Made by a program: the position numbers and the translations under genes
Shown: piece by piece, positions 45,477 through 58,969 of the stretch
Layout: every line of letters begins with the position of its first letter
Numbering within the stretch: position 1 is the stretch's first letter
The notes under the pieces: model-generated
What the model saw: only the letters and a program-made list of their open reading frames with translations
What the model was told of the DNA's origin: nothing
Database searches by the model: none
Source: Eledone cirrhosa
Taxonomy: Eukaryota
Assembly: GCA_964016885.1 (NCBI GenBank)
Contig: OZ024760.1
Coordinates: 34,348,001 to 34,412,000, forward strand
Reading direction: 5' to 3'
Length of the DNA stretch: 64,000 nucleotides

Positions 45477-48375
45477 GTACAATAAAGCAATGCAGATATC
45501 GGATAAGAAGCACTCTACAGTTTGTAGGACTGGAGTATACATAATATATAAGATCAAAAGATGGTTAAAGGAGTTCCATGTATTTTATTATGCGCATTTC
45601 AAAAACAAACATCATCATGCAATAATATTTGTGTTTTCATCAGATAAAACAGGAGGACATGATGTGTGATATTAGGAAACATATTTTATTTAGAGAGGGG
45701 GGGTGGAAAGGATGAAAAAAAGGGGGGGGGATGAGGGTGAAGGCGGAGAGGGAGAGATGGGTGATAGAGAGAGAGAGATAGTTTTTATAACTGAGAAAGA
45801 TATATTGTTTTACATAGAGAGGTTGAAAACCGTTGGAAGATAATGTATAAATTAAAAGAATTTGAAAATTAACGAAGGGAAAAATATGTACGAAGAAGGA
45901 GAGGGAGTTAATATGTATTGAGATTAAAAAGTTTGATGATAGAGAGAATAGAATAATGAATTGCGGATGAATATTCTAACGTCAAAAAAATGTGTGTATG
46001 TTTACAAGTATTATGGAAATTTGAAAATCAACGAAGAGAAAAAATTATTAAGGTTTGTGTATTGAAGGATTTGAGAAAAATAATATGAAGTTAAGGTTTG
46101 TATATTGAAGGAATTGATAATATGTGCGAAGAAAGAGTTAATATGTATTAAGAATGAGTTAGATGATGGGGAGAAAAAAATGAATTAAGGATGAATAATC
46201 AAGCGTCAAAACAAATGTATATGTTACGAAGGATTTTACAAGGTGAAAATAGAGTAAGGGTAATGAGTAAACAAGTATTATAGAGTGTATAATACCCTTT
46301 GAAATAAGGTAGGAAGATGGGTATATTTTAAAAGAGGTGTATGTATATGTGCCTTTGAGAAAAGATTCTAAATTGATAAAGAATTGAATATTAGCTGTAT
46401 ACTTTGTGAAATGTCTTATGGAATTTATGCAAGCAGATAGAAAACAAATCTGTTCGTCTATTTATTATAGAATCTAGATTAGAGATAATGGTAAATTTTT
46501 CATTTAGGCAGAGATTGCAGATTTTAGATAGAGAGCTGTTCAAGTATGAAGACGCAGAAGAAACCTTCTTCCAAAAGATGGTATATTTAATGTTTTTGTC
46601 TTTCAAGGACCATATGAGTTCTGAGAGAGCCGTGTTGGTTCTTTTAAGTTTGTATTTAAAAGAGGTGGAAGTGGAGCCAAAATAGGTGAAGGAATTGGTG
46701 TTAGTTATAACTTTACATTCATAAATTAAGTTTTTATCAAGGCAATGGTTGTTGAGAGGACATTTATTTTTAATAGGGCAATTGTAATTGCAATTAGAGA
46801 GATTATTAATGAGTGACCTAGTGTTATCTATAGAAGGAATTGGATTGGAGAAGTTGTTTGCGATAGGAATAATAGTTTCTTGATTTAGAGTTGGATTATG
46901 AACATTTAGCGAAGTTGTGTTTGACGTTGTATTTGGGTTTACAGAAATTAGCCTAGGGTTTACAATGACGTCGGGAGTACTATTACTGTTATTATGAAAT
47001 TCAGTGTTGGAAGGAAGAGATTTAGTATTTAGTATTTTATTGTTGTGTTTAGAGATAATGTTGGAAATATTGGAGGATGTAGAATAAGAAAATTTGATGG
47101 TGTGTTTGTTAAATATTTTACTATAGATATGTGAGGTAGGGAAGCATTTATTTAAGGCACTAAAGAATAATTTAGGAATATTGTTATTAATAGAGATGGA
47201 GAAAGGAGCATTATACCAGATTATGTTTTTGTATCTAGGTCTTTTATTAAAGTTATTGGAATGATCATGATTAATTATTCTACTGTAAGTTCTTCTAGAA
47301 TTTGTTTCTTTACTATATTTGATTTTATCAGGATAGCCGGCTTTAGAAAGTGCGTTATTATAGTAATTGGCGTTAGCATCAAAGATGTTTTTATTAGAAG
47401 ATATGTTAGATATTCTTTTTCCAATACTACTAACTATAGCATTCTTGATATTAGTAGGATGGTTAGATTTAAAGTTAACATAATTTAGGTTCTCATTGTT
47501 TTTATGGTAAGGGTAATATAGGCCAGTGTCAAGATTAAGAGATACATCCAAGAAATTAGCTAGTTTGATACTGTTATCAAATTCAATTTTTAGCTTATGT
47601 TGGTTAAAGAGATTACGTATATTGTTCTTAATAATATTAAGGTTAACTATATTGCAATTTAAGATAGTAAAGAGTCCATCGTCACGATAAATTCCACCGC
47701 GAAGTTGAGGAATTTTCCGACTCAAAGAGTTCAAAATAAAGATACCAATTAAATCAGTCAATTGGGATGAATCGGATGCTCCCATTGTGATGTCGAAGTT
47801 GTTAGAGGTATCGGCTCTGGTCCAATATTCGTTGTTGAACTCTAAGGATGGTTTTACGTGCGGTGAGGATGATGTGAAGTTCATCTGTGGTGATGTCAGA
47901 ATATTTAAGTGCGAAAGATAGAGCATTATTGAGTAGTGAAGGCGAAATGGAGGAATAGTAGCTGGCAATATCAAATTGAATAAATTTTAGTTTGTTTTTA
48001 TTATCCAATTTGTTGAACCAGCCAATCACTTCAGAAGTACCAAACCATAAATTTAGGTTCAAAGAAGAGCAATTAGAACGAACCTGTGGGATAATTCTAC
48101 CCAAGATGGCTTTACTAACAACCCCCAGATCAGATTTAGAGGGGGCGATTAATCTAACAGGTAGTTCAGTGCGAAAATTGTTTTTGTGAACCTTGAGATT
48201 TATCCTCGGAGTTCTTGGGAGGAATGGTTCGGTCTTTTTTTCAATGCCAAGTTTTGACATAATCTCAGAGGCTTCAAGGTTTATGTATTCTAAATTTTCA
48301 CGGTTGGTTTTACGATATTTTTTCCTAAGTTCCTTTAGGATAAGGTTGTTATAATTATCCTTGGAAATATGTTAT
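45477..48375 (-). mobile_element. Penelope-like element, 5'-truncated, frameshifted
   Basis: LKVHK..PVRLIAP, FIQFDIASYYSSI, TMGAS, GIYRDDG, FLDV, IIWYNAPFS, CPLNNHCLDKNLIYEC..TYFGST, CNLCLNEK. Long 3' region with hammerhead. Confidence 0.92.
45583..45649 (-). ncRNA. Type I hammerhead in PLE 3' region
   Basis: Minus strand: TTTTAT-CTGATGA-AAACACAAATATTATTGC ATGATGATGTTTGTTTTT-GAAA-TGCGCA-TA-ATAAAA. Palindromic stem III. Confidence 0.8.
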
Positions 48376-49928
48376 ATACATATATGTATACATATATGTA
48401 TATATGTTATATACATATGTATATATATGTTATATACATATGTATATATATATGTATATATGTTATATACATATATGTATATATATATATGTATATATGT
48501 TATATACATATATGTATATATATATGTTATATATATATATGTATATATGTTATATACATATGTATATATATATGTATATATATTATATACATATATGTAT
48601 ATATATATATGTATATATATTATATACATATATGTATATATATATGTATATATGTTATATACATATATGTATATATATATGTTATATACATATATCTATA
48701 TATATGTATATATGTTATATATGTATATATATATGTATATATCTTATATACATATATGTATATATATATGTATATATATTATATACATATATGTATATAT
48801 ATATGTATATATATTATATACATATATGTATATATATATATGTATATATATATATGTATATATATTATATATGTATATATATATGTATATATATTATATA
48901 CATATATGTATATATATATATATGTATATATATTATATACATATATGTATATATATGTATATATATTATATACATATATGTATATATATATGTATATATT
49001 ATATACATATATGTATATATATATATATGTATATATGTATATATATTATATACATATATGTATATATATATATATGTATATATATTATATACATATACGT
49101 ATATATATGTATATATATTATATATATATGTATATATTATATATATATACATATATATATATTATATATATATGTATATATATGTATATATATTATATAT
49201 ATATATGTATATATATATGTATATATATGTATATATATTATATATATATATGTATATATATTGTATATATATGTATATATATTATATATATATATGTATA
49301 TATATTATATATATATGTATATATATTATATATATATATGTATATATATTATATATATATATATGTATATATATTATATATATATATGTATATATATTAT
49401 ATATATATGTATATATATTATATATATATGTATATATATGTATATATATTATATATATATGTATATATATGTATATATATTATATATATATATATATGTA
49501 TATATATGTATATATATTATATATATATATATGTATATATATGTATATATATTATATATATATATATGTATATATATTATATATATATATGTATATATAT
49601 TATATACATATATGTATATATATTATATACATATATGTATATATATATATGTATATATATTATATACATATATGTATATATATATATGTATATATATTAT
49701 ATACATATATGTATATATATGTATATATATTATATACATATATGTATATGTATATATGTATATATATTATATACATATATGTATATATATATATGTATAT
49801 ATATTATATACATATATGTATATATATATATATGTATATATATTATATACATATATGTATATATATTATATACATATATGTATATATATTATATACATAT
49901 ATGTATATATATTTGTATATATATATAT
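48370..49928. repeat. AT-rich minisatellite-like array, unit ~AT(G/A)TTATATACATATATGTAT
   Basis: Direct reading. Differs from other arrays by recurrent TTA and CA/TG palindromic units. Confidence 0.93.
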
Positions 49929-50020
49929 GCAGAGGTTATATTTAATTTGTTGGGATTCAACAAGCTTAAACATTTTTATAACTGATATAAAGCACTCAAC
50001 AGTTTGGTGGAGTAAATCTA

Positions 50021-50278
50021 CAATATATTAATAAATGGAAACTATATTTATAAAACCATATTTATTTTATTATACATATTTCAAGGGCCACCAATCCAGG
50101 AAGCTCCAACCATTAAGGTTGTCTTTTTTGAAGGTATGTCAATATTTATTTATAAAACATATCTGTATTGTATTTTATCTGATGAAAGCGCACCATAATT
50201 TGCCTTGGTGGCCCTTAAAATATGTATAGTAAAATAAATATGGTTTCATAAATATAGTTTCCATTTATTAATATATTG
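50021..50278. mobile_element. Small inverted-repeat pLTR-like island (arms 50021-50094 and 50205-50278)
   Basis: Arms are reverse complements with ~3 mismatches. Homologous to the island at 28210-28325. Confidence 0.75.
50171..50236 (+). ncRNA. Hammerhead motif with GAAA>AAAA (inverted arm retains GAAA)
   Basis: TATTTTAT-CTGATGA-AAGCGCACCA..TGGTGGCCCTT-AAAA-TATGTA-TA-GTAAAATA. Confidence 0.62.
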
Positions 50279-50349
50279 TATATATAATGCCAGGTTTACC
50301 AGACCATGGCAGATTAATTCCTGGTCATGGAGTCTTCCACATCAGTTTT

Positions 50350-50870
50350 CTCAGCAGCAGTAATGTTATTATTATTGTTATGAATATTATTATTGTTGTT
50401 ATTACTAGTAGTAGCAGCAGTAGTAGTAATAGCGGTAGTAATAGTAACTATGATGGTGTGGTGGTGATTATAGTAGTGGTAGTAGTAATGGTAGTATTAA
50501 TAGTAGTGATGGTAGTGGTGGTGGTAGTAGTAGTATTATTATAGCAGTATATGACATATTGGTTATGCCATAACTTGGCACACAATCTTTACATTGAAAC
50601 ACTGAGAAAAGCTGACTGTATTAAGTCTTCAATAACATACACTCTCTCTTTCTCACCCACTCTTTCTCTCTCTCACTCTCTCTATCTACCTCTCTCTCTC
50701 TTTATCTCTCTCTCTATCACACACACTAATTCTCTATCTATCTCTATCTCTAACAAACAAACACACGCTCACACACAACACCCTCTCTCTCTCTCACACA
50801 CACTCTCTCTATCTCGCACACACACGCCCTCTCTCTATCTCTCACACAAACAGACTCTCTCTCTCTAATA
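50350..50870. repeat. Low-complexity (TAG/GTG)n then (CT/CA)n tracts
   Basis: Direct reading. Confidence 0.8.
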
Positions 50871-50943
50871 TATCCAATCCATAATTCTGAAGACAAACTC
50901 CACGACACCTTCGTTAACTCAACATCCTGCGATGATTCAGCCG

Positions 50944-53900
50944 AAATGTTTGTAGTGTCTTGACCGGTGGACAGATTATTGTGTTGTTACTCCAAATGTT
51001 TGTAGTGTCTTGACCGGTGGACAGATTATTGTGTTGTTACTCCAAATGTTTGTAGTGTCTTGACCGGTGGACAGATTATTGTGTTGTTACTCCAAATGTT
51101 TGTAGTGTCTTGACCGGTGGACAGATTATTGTGTTACTGCAAATGTTTGTAGTGTCTGGACCAGTGGACAGATTATTGTGTTACTCCAAATGTTTGTAGT
51201 GTCTTGACCGGTGGACAGATTATTGTGTTACTGCAAATGTTTGTAGTGTCTGGACCAGTGGACAGATTATTGTGTTACTCCAAATGTTTGTAGTGTCTTG
51301 ACCAGTGGACAGATTATTGTGTTACTGCAAATGTTTGTAGTGTGTTGACCGGTTGACAGATTATTGTTACTCCAAATGTTTGTAGTGTCTTGACCAGTGG
51401 ACAGATTATTGTTACTCCAAATGTTTGTAGTATCTTGACCAGTGGACAGATTATTGTTACTCCAAATGTTTGTAGTGTCTTGACCAGTGGACAGATTATT
51501 GTGTTACTCCAAATGTTTGTAGTGTCTTGACCGGTGGACAGATAATTGTTACTCCAAATGTTTGTAGTGTCTTGATCGGTGGACAGATTATTGTTACTCC
51601 AAATGTTTGTAGTGTGTTGACCGGTGGACAGATTATTGTTACTCCAAATGTTTGTAGTGGCTTGACCAGTGGACAGATTATTGTGTTACTCCAAATGTTT
51701 GTAGTGTCTTGACCAGTGGACAGATTATTGTTAGTCCAAATGTTTGTAGTGTCTTGACCGGTGGACAGATTATTGTGTTACTACAAATGTTTGTAGTGTC
51801 TTGATCAGTGGACAGATTATTGTTACTCCAAATGTTTGTAGTGTCTTGACCAGTGGACAGATTGTGTTAATCCAAATGTTTGTAGTGTGTTGACCGGTGG
51901 ACAGATTATTGTGTTACTCCAAATGTTTGTAGTGTCTTGACCAGTGGACAGATTATTGTTTTACTCCAAATGTTTGTAGTGTGTTGACCGGTGGACAGAT
52001 TATTGTGTTACTCCAAATGTTTGTAGTGTCTTGACCGGTGGACAGATTATTGTGTTACTCCAAATGTTTGTATTGTGTTGACCGGTGGACAGATTATTGT
52101 TACTGCAAATGTTTGTAGTGTCTTGACCGGTGGACAGATTATTGTTACTCCAAATGTTTGTAGTGTCTTGACCGGTGGAGAGATTATTGTTACTCCAAAT
52201 GTTTGTAGTGTCTTGACCAGTGGACAGATTATTGTTACTCCAAATGTTTGTAGTGTCTTGACCGGTGGACAGATTATTGGGTTACTCCAAATGTTTGTAG
52301 TGTCTTGACCAGTGGACAGATTATTGTTACTCCAAATGTTTGTAGTGTCTTGACCAGTGGACAGATTATTGTTACTCCAAATGTTTGTAGTGCCTTGACC
52401 AGTGGACAGATTGTGTTACTCCAAATGTTTGTAGTGTGTTGACCGGTGGACAGATTATTGTGTTACTTCAAATGTTTGTAGTGTCTTGACTGGTGGACAG
52501 ATTATTGTTACTCCAAATGCTTGTAGTGTTGACCGGTGGACAGATTATCGTTACTCCAAATGTTTGTAGTGTGTTGACCGGTGGACAGATTATTATGTTA
52601 CTCCAAATGTTTGTAGTGTGTTGACCGGTGGACAGATTATTGTTACTCCAAATGTTTGTAGTGTCTTGACTGGTGTCAAGATTATTGTTACTCCAAATGT
52701 TTGTAGTGTCTTGACCGGTGGACAGATTATTGTGTTACTCCAAATGTTTGTATTGTGTTGACCGGTGGACAGATTATTGTTACTGCAAATGTTTGTAGTG
52801 TCTTGACCGGTGGACAGATTATTGTGTTACTCCAAATGTTTGTAGTGTCTTGACCGGTGGAGAGATTATTGTTACTCCAAATGTTTGTAGTGTCTTGACC
52901 AGTGGACAGATTATTGTTACTCCAAATGTTTGTAGTGTCTTGACCGGTGGACAGATTATTGTGTTACTCCAAATGTTTGTAGTGTCTTGACCAGTGGACA
53001 GATTATTGTGTTACTCCAAATGTTTGTAGTGTCTTGACCGGTGGACAGATTATTGTTACTGCAAATGTTTGTAGTGTCTTGACCAGTGGACAGATTATTG
53101 TTACTCCAAATGTTTGTAGTGTCTTGACCGGTGGACAGATTATTGTGTTACTCCAAATGTTTGTAGTGTCTTGACCGGTGGACAGATTATTGTTACTGCA
53201 AATGTTTGTAGTGTCTTGACCAGTGGACAGATTATTGTTACTCCAAATGTTTGTAGTGTCTTGATCGGTGGATAGATTATTCTGTTAATCCAAATGTTTT
53301 TAGTGTCTTGACTGGTGGACAGATTATTGTTACTCCAAATGTTTGTAGTGTTGACGGGTGGACAGATTATTGTTACTCCAAATGTTTGTAGTGTCTTGAC
53401 CAGTGGACAGATTGTGTTACTCCAAATGTTTGTAGTGTGTTGACCGGTGGACAGATTATTGTTACTCCAAATGTTTGTAGTGTGTTGACTGGTGGACAGA
53501 TTATTGTGTTACTCCAAATGTTTGCAGTGTCTTAACCAGTGGACAGATTATTGTTACTCCAAATGTTTGTAGTCTCTTGACCGATGGACAGATTATTGTT
53601 ACTGCAAATGTTTGTAGTGTCTTGACCAGTGGACAGATTATTGTTACTCCAAATGCTTGTGTCTTGACCAGTGGACAGATTATTCTGTTAATCCAAATGT
53701 TTGTAGTGTCTTGACTGGTGGACAGATTATTGTTACTCCAAATGTTTGTAGTGTCTTGACCATTGGACATATTATTGTTACTTCAAATGTTTGTAGTGTC
53801 TTGACCGGTGGACAGATTATTGTGTTGTTACTCCAAATGTTTGTAGTGTCTTGACCATTGGACAGATTATTGTGTTACTCTAAATGTTTGTAGCGTCTTG

Positions 53901-53965
53901 ACCGGTGGACAGATTTTTGTGTTATTCGAAATGCTTGTAGTGTCTTGACCGGTGGAGAGATTGTG
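50944..53965 (+). repeat. Tandem satellite, ~65 units of 45/47/50 bp
   Basis: Unit AAATGTTTGTAGTGTCTTGACC(G/A)GTGGACAGATTATT(GT)(GTT)GTTACTCC, head-to-tail with no spacers. Confidence 0.97.
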
Positions 53966-54069
53966 AAAATATTTAGATTTAGAGGAAAAACCTGAACATT
54001 GAATGTGTTGTTCAGTAACCAACACCATTTTATAGACAGATACAGCTTACAGGTATTGATATATGTATA

Positions 54070-54790
54070 TAGCAACAACACCTTTAAGAAAAGTAAGCGC
54101 AATAATAGACAAACTATCTGGTTCTCTCCTCCCTTCTCACTCAACGTAAAAACCAATGTAGGAAAAAAATTTCTAGCCCTCTTAGATAGACACTTTCCCA
54201 TAGGTCATAAATACTGCTCCATCTTTAACACAAAGTTAAACTAGGATACTCCTGCGCTAAGAACATGAAGGCCCACATCACCAGCACCCCTAGGAGCAAC
54301 ACCCCACCAGGGTGCTCTTGCCGTAAGCCTGAAGCTTGCTGGAGGTCAAATCCTATGTGGGCATGGCGGAGGGCCGATTCAAGGAACGTTTCCTGAACCA
54401 CCAGTCTACCTTCAAATACCCGGACATATGTTCATCCACGAAACTCGCGAGCCACGTATGGTCCCTCAAGGACTCAAGTACAGACTATTCCATCCAATGG
54501 AAAGCCATCACTAAGTCAAAACCATACGCAAGGGGAAATCCGACGTGTGGCTTATGTATTGACGAACGAATAACTATTCTAAAGAGATTACGCAATAGTG
54601 ATTGCCTAAACATGAGAAGCGAATTTTCTATATGTTGTCCACACATCGCCAAACACCTATTACATAACTATAAGGCTCCGGACTGATTCTTTGTATTTTT
54701 ATTTTATTTTCAACCTAAAAACTTTTCGGACTTTCGCAGTTATCTCCCTTACACCTCTCGCACACAGTCTAGTATTGCCTGTGTGAAGTT
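54070..54790 (+). mobile_element. Decayed 3' part of a Penelope-like element (GIY-YIG)
   Basis: TIWFSPPFSLNVKTNVGKKFL..HFP (homologous to IIWYNAPFS in the 46391 ORF) and KSYVGMAEGRFKERFLNH..CGLCIDE..CPH. Confidence 0.85.
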
Positions 54791-54899
54791 ACCGGGTTTC
54801 TGCACATGCGCGTTCGTATGGTTGTCCTTCCTGTTCCTATAACCATGCTAATATTTATTTGAATGCTCAGCCTTTCCCCAAAATAAAATGATCTACAGA

Positions 54900-55003
54900 C
54901 ATAATTCAATTGTATTTAAACATAATTTAAATAATGCATATTAAACAATCAATTTTAATGGAATTTTTGCTGTTGAAATTTGTATACATTTTTTAGGACA
55001 CCT

Positions 55004-55005
<2 letters not shown>
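54900..55005. mobile_element. Possible single end of a Tc1/mariner-type MITE
   Basis: Ends ..TTTTTTAGGACACCTTG next to a TA run, resembling CAGGGTGTCC-type TIRs. Partner TIR not found. Confidence 0.35.
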
Positions 55006-55034
<29 letters not shown>

Positions 55035-55035
55035 C

Positions 55036-55903
55036 CAGAGTGCGGACGATATTTGTTCGCAATTTTCAACTGCTAATTTTATGCAAATTGTTTTTACTTC
55101 CGCTGTCACTCTTGTCTTCATAAAAACAGTGACTATATTTCCATTATTTATTTTCAGAATAATTGATTATGAATAATTTTGAACCTCCAAATTTGTGGAA
55201 GAGACACGGAGTTCTTCTTGGAATCAGCGCCGGGAGGACAAATAATACCAGAAGATCAACTCCCAGAACAACAGGTGGCTCGCTGTCTCATCCAAAGACG
55301 TGCCCAGAGTCATGCAGACAAAGTTTCCAATGACAACATTGGTCTTAGGTGCCGTCAGCAGTCAAGGTGACGTCCTGCCACCTCACTTCTTCCCTGAGAG
55401 CCTCAAGCTGAACACCGATGGCTACATCCGCATTCTGAGCGAGGTAGTAAAGCCCTGGATCGACCAGGTAGCTGCAGGTAGGCTGTACATGTGGCAGCAA
55501 GACTCAGCGCCCTGCCATACCAGCTGAAAGACCCAAGCCTGGCTGTCAGAGAACATCGTCGACCACACCTGACATCTGGCCTCCCAGCTCGCCTGACTGC
55601 AACCCTCTCGACTTCTTTGTGTGGGGCACAGTGGAATGAGACACCAACAGATCTAACTGCAATACGAAAGACGATCTGAAGGCCAGGATCACAAGTGTTG
55701 GGGGACAGTGACGAAGGCTTGTAGCTGGTTCCAAGGCCGACTTGAGACCGTCATCAAAGCCAATGGCGGGTTTATCGAATGAGATCGAAAGAACAAGTCG
55801 TGAAGACAAACTGACCCAAGTTTGATAAATATATCTTAAAAAATAAAACTACTGTCTTATATTTTCCTAGACAGTAATCTTGCGAACAAATATCGTCCGC
55901 ACC

Positions 55904-55906
<3 letters not shown>
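55036..55906 (+). mobile_element. Internally deleted Tc1/mariner (maT/DD37D-like) DNA transposon
   Basis: 27-bp TIRs CAGAGTGCGGACGATATTTGTTCGCAA / TTGCGAACAAATATCGTCCGCACCCTG (1 mismatch) in TA runs. Transposase relic WQQDSAPCH..TQAWL..SPDCNPLDFFVWG. Confidence 0.9.
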
Positions 55907-55951
<45 letters not shown>

Positions 55952-55989
55952 GGGAGGGGGGGGGGGTGCACTTCAATGCAGTGTCAAAT

Positions 55990-56470
55990 AAACAAACACA
56001 GGTGCCGGTCAGTTCAGATTGAGGAGGTCGATGACTTCTTGTATCTTGGCAGTTTTATTAGCACGACGTGGACAGCAAGATGGGCATGGTGTCTCCAAGA
56101 TGGGCAAGGTGTTGGTGTCTCCAATCAAGAAAATCCACAAACATGAGGCTACTCAAAGCAGCAGTTGAGTCCATTCTCCTCTAGGGATGTGAGTTATGGA
56201 CAATGACAAAAACATTTGCAAAGAGGATTAATGGCACATTCCCCCGGATGCTGAGAAAAGTCCAGAACATATCCTGGAGAACACATATAACAACTAAATC
56301 TACAATTCACCTTCCTGACATCATAAGGACATATGAAATGTCACAATGAACCTGATGTCAGAGTTCATTTCTGGAAACTTGATGTGTGTAGACAAGTTTG
56401 GAGACAAACCATCAGTGTGAGAGATGTTCTTAAAGATGACAACAGGTTGGACCTGGAGGAAGAACTGTCT
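55990..56470 (+). mobile_element. Decayed RTE-type RT C-terminal fragment
   Basis: IEEVDDFLYLGS; AAVESILL*GCELWTMTK..RMLRKVQNISWR. Confidence 0.7.
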
Positions 56471-56608
56471 CATAGCACCGGTATTGGATATAGAGAAGAT
56501 ATATATATGTGTGTGTGTGTGTGAGACTGGTATTGACAAAAAAATTACATAGGAAAAATAGAGAGAGTGAAAGGGAAAAAAATAAGAGTGATAAAAGAGA
56601 ACATGGGT

Positions 56609-56710
56609 GAGAGAGAGAGTGTGTGAGATGAAAGTGAACATTGGTGAGAGAGAGTGTGTGAGATGAAAGTGAACATTGGTGAGAGAGAGTGTGTTGATGA
56701 AAGTGAACAT
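56609..56710. repeat. ~35-bp tandem repeat x3
   Basis: GAGAGAGTGTGTGAGATGAAAGTGAACATTGGT repeated. Confidence 0.8.
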
Positions 56711-57131
56711 GAATGAGGGAGGGAAAGTGAGAGAAAGATGAAAAAAATGTTTAACAGATTTGTGTTGAGATAATTAAAGAGTGTTGTTTAATTGTTATTT
56801 AATATAATATCTGTTTGAGTTTTAATGATTTAAATTGTTAAATTGATGGCTTCCAATAGCCGAGAGGGATATCATTATTATCATTTTTAACTTCCTTTGA
56901 ATTCTGCTTCTTTCCCAAATCATGCCGTGTGTCAACCTGATTATTATTATTATTATTATGAAATTAAAAAAACTACTTAATGAATGAGATTTGGTTAAAT
57001 TAACAAATAACAAATTTATAAAGAATTTTTAAATCATTATTTCCACTTACAGCAGAATATTGAAATAAATGTCATGAAGATAATTGAATTGGTATTTAAA
57101 ATATTGATGATCATGATAGATTTCTTTAGGT

Positions 57132-57310
57132 CAAATACTTCCCATGAGAGGCCAACTGTCTGGGGATGAGGTATACTATATGTGGGTCTTTTAAACCAAA
57201 TACTTAACATAAGAGGCCAGCAGTCTGGGAAAGAGGTATACTATCTGTGGGTCTTTTAAACCAAATACTTAACATAAGAGGCCAGCTGTCTGGGGAAGAG
57301 CTATACTATG
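57132..57310. repeat. 65-bp tandem repeat x2.7
   Basis: CAAATACTT..GAGGCCA..GTCTGGG..TATACTAT starts at 57132, 57197 and 57262. Confidence 0.9.
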
Positions 57311-57369
57311 TATATAATAATATGCAGTTTCTCTTCTCACCCATTATATAGGTATATAATGGGTGAGAA

Positions 57370-57630
57370 GAGAAATGGGATGAGATGGCTGGGTTATGTG
57401 TTGATGAAGGATGAAAGTGACTGGGTTAGAAGAGAGATGGAAATGAATGTGGAAGGAAGTAGAGGAAGTGGAAGACCAAGAAAAACTTGGCTGGAGATGA
57501 TGGAGGAAATGAAAGACAAGTGATTGGTGAATGGGGGCTATCTATATATTAGGGGAAAAAAGGGAGAAGCTTTCCGTGGGACTACTCAAGGTTAACCCCT
57601 GATTTAGCAGAGAAGATGACCTTAAAATGC
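57370..57630 (+). mobile_element. Old RTE 3' fragment
   Basis: MRWLGYVLMKDESDWVRR..VEGSRGSGRPRKTW. Confidence 0.7.
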
Positions 57631-57983
57631 TCATTGTTGTTTTGTGAGTCGGGTTTAAAAAAAAACTATCATTTGCTATTGTAATGAAATATTTTAATTT
57701 TTGGTGCATCACATGGCTGCTGTTATGAAATCTATTTTGTACTGAGATAAAGTTAATATTTTACACAAATTCTTCCCTGTCAAATCCTAACCCATTTAAT
57801 CTTTTCAGTTTTATTGTTTGTTTTTTAACTTTTCAATGGAATATCTTTACATAAAACAAAGCTATTGTTTCATGCAAAAAATAGTGGGTGGCTCAACTGA
57901 TAATGATTTGTTTTGAGCTTCTTAATGAAGCAAATATTTTGTCTGCTAAATAATCTAAACTGATGATTGCAATAACATTGGAC

Positions 57984-58320
57984 ATCACAACCATCACCAC
58001 CACCATCACCATCACCATCACCATCATCACCACCATTACCATCACCACCATCACCATCACCACCATCACCACCATCATCACCATCACCATCATCACCACC
58101 ACACCATCATCACCATCACCATCATCACCATCACCATCATCACCATCACCACCATCACCATCATCACCATCACCACCATCATCACCATCACCACCACCAT
58201 CACCACCATCACCATCATCACCATCACCATCATCACCACCATCACCACCATCATCACCACCACCATCACCACCATCATCACCACCACCACCACCACCACC
58301 ACCCTCACCACCATTACTAT
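57984..58320. repeat. (CAC/CAT)n trinucleotide array adjoining a decayed RTE/SINE-type tail (58321-58435, minus)
   Basis: Direct reading. TTTTCCATGCTGGCAT resembles the RTE tails at 7899 and 30931. Confidence 0.9.
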
Positions 58321-58969
58321 CAACACTCATCTTCATCATCGTCTTTAGACCTTCTTTTCCATGCTGGCATTGATAGGACAGTTGTTTTTGAGGCAAAGTT
58401 TTATGGCCAGCTGCTCTTTCTCACACCAACCCTTTTAGTCACTTATGGCACAAACAGATACAGTCTACTTATTCTAAACTAGATACACATAGCCTTGAAT
58501 GTATTTTACTGATGAAGCTGGCTATTATTGCTCCAGCTCAGGCAATTACTGTATTTAATTCTTTCTGTGATATAAGAAATATAAACGAAGGGAATGGTAA
58601 CAATAAAAGAGAGCCAGAAAATGTGAAATCTACATGATTAAAGATGACATATAGTTTTGATTAGTGATAATGGAATCTAATTCCTTATCGTATGTGGTTT
58701 AAGATAGTTTAAGGAGTTTTACGAATTTTATTCTAGGACTCACTCAATATAGAAATACTAAATGACATATTTTTGAAACTTTTAAAATATGAAATCAATA
58801 TATCTGTATCTTCAATTCAATTATTGTAATCAGTGATTTTATTATAAGATATTTATTGATAGAGTGGTGGAGTGGTTGGGTGGTGGGGGTTTAGGGTGGT
58901 GAGGTGGTAGGGTGGTGGATTAGGGGCGTCATTAGAGAATCAGATAAAATGCGTTATAGTATTTAGTTA

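Noticed and set aside
50944-53965. CRISPR-like array
   Set aside because: Units are head-to-tail with no unique spacers, there are no cas genes, and the context is eukaryotic.
58504-58560. Hammerhead (CTGATGA + AGCTGG/CCAGCT stem)
   Set aside because: GAAA is replaced by CAGG and stem I does not pair; may be chance.
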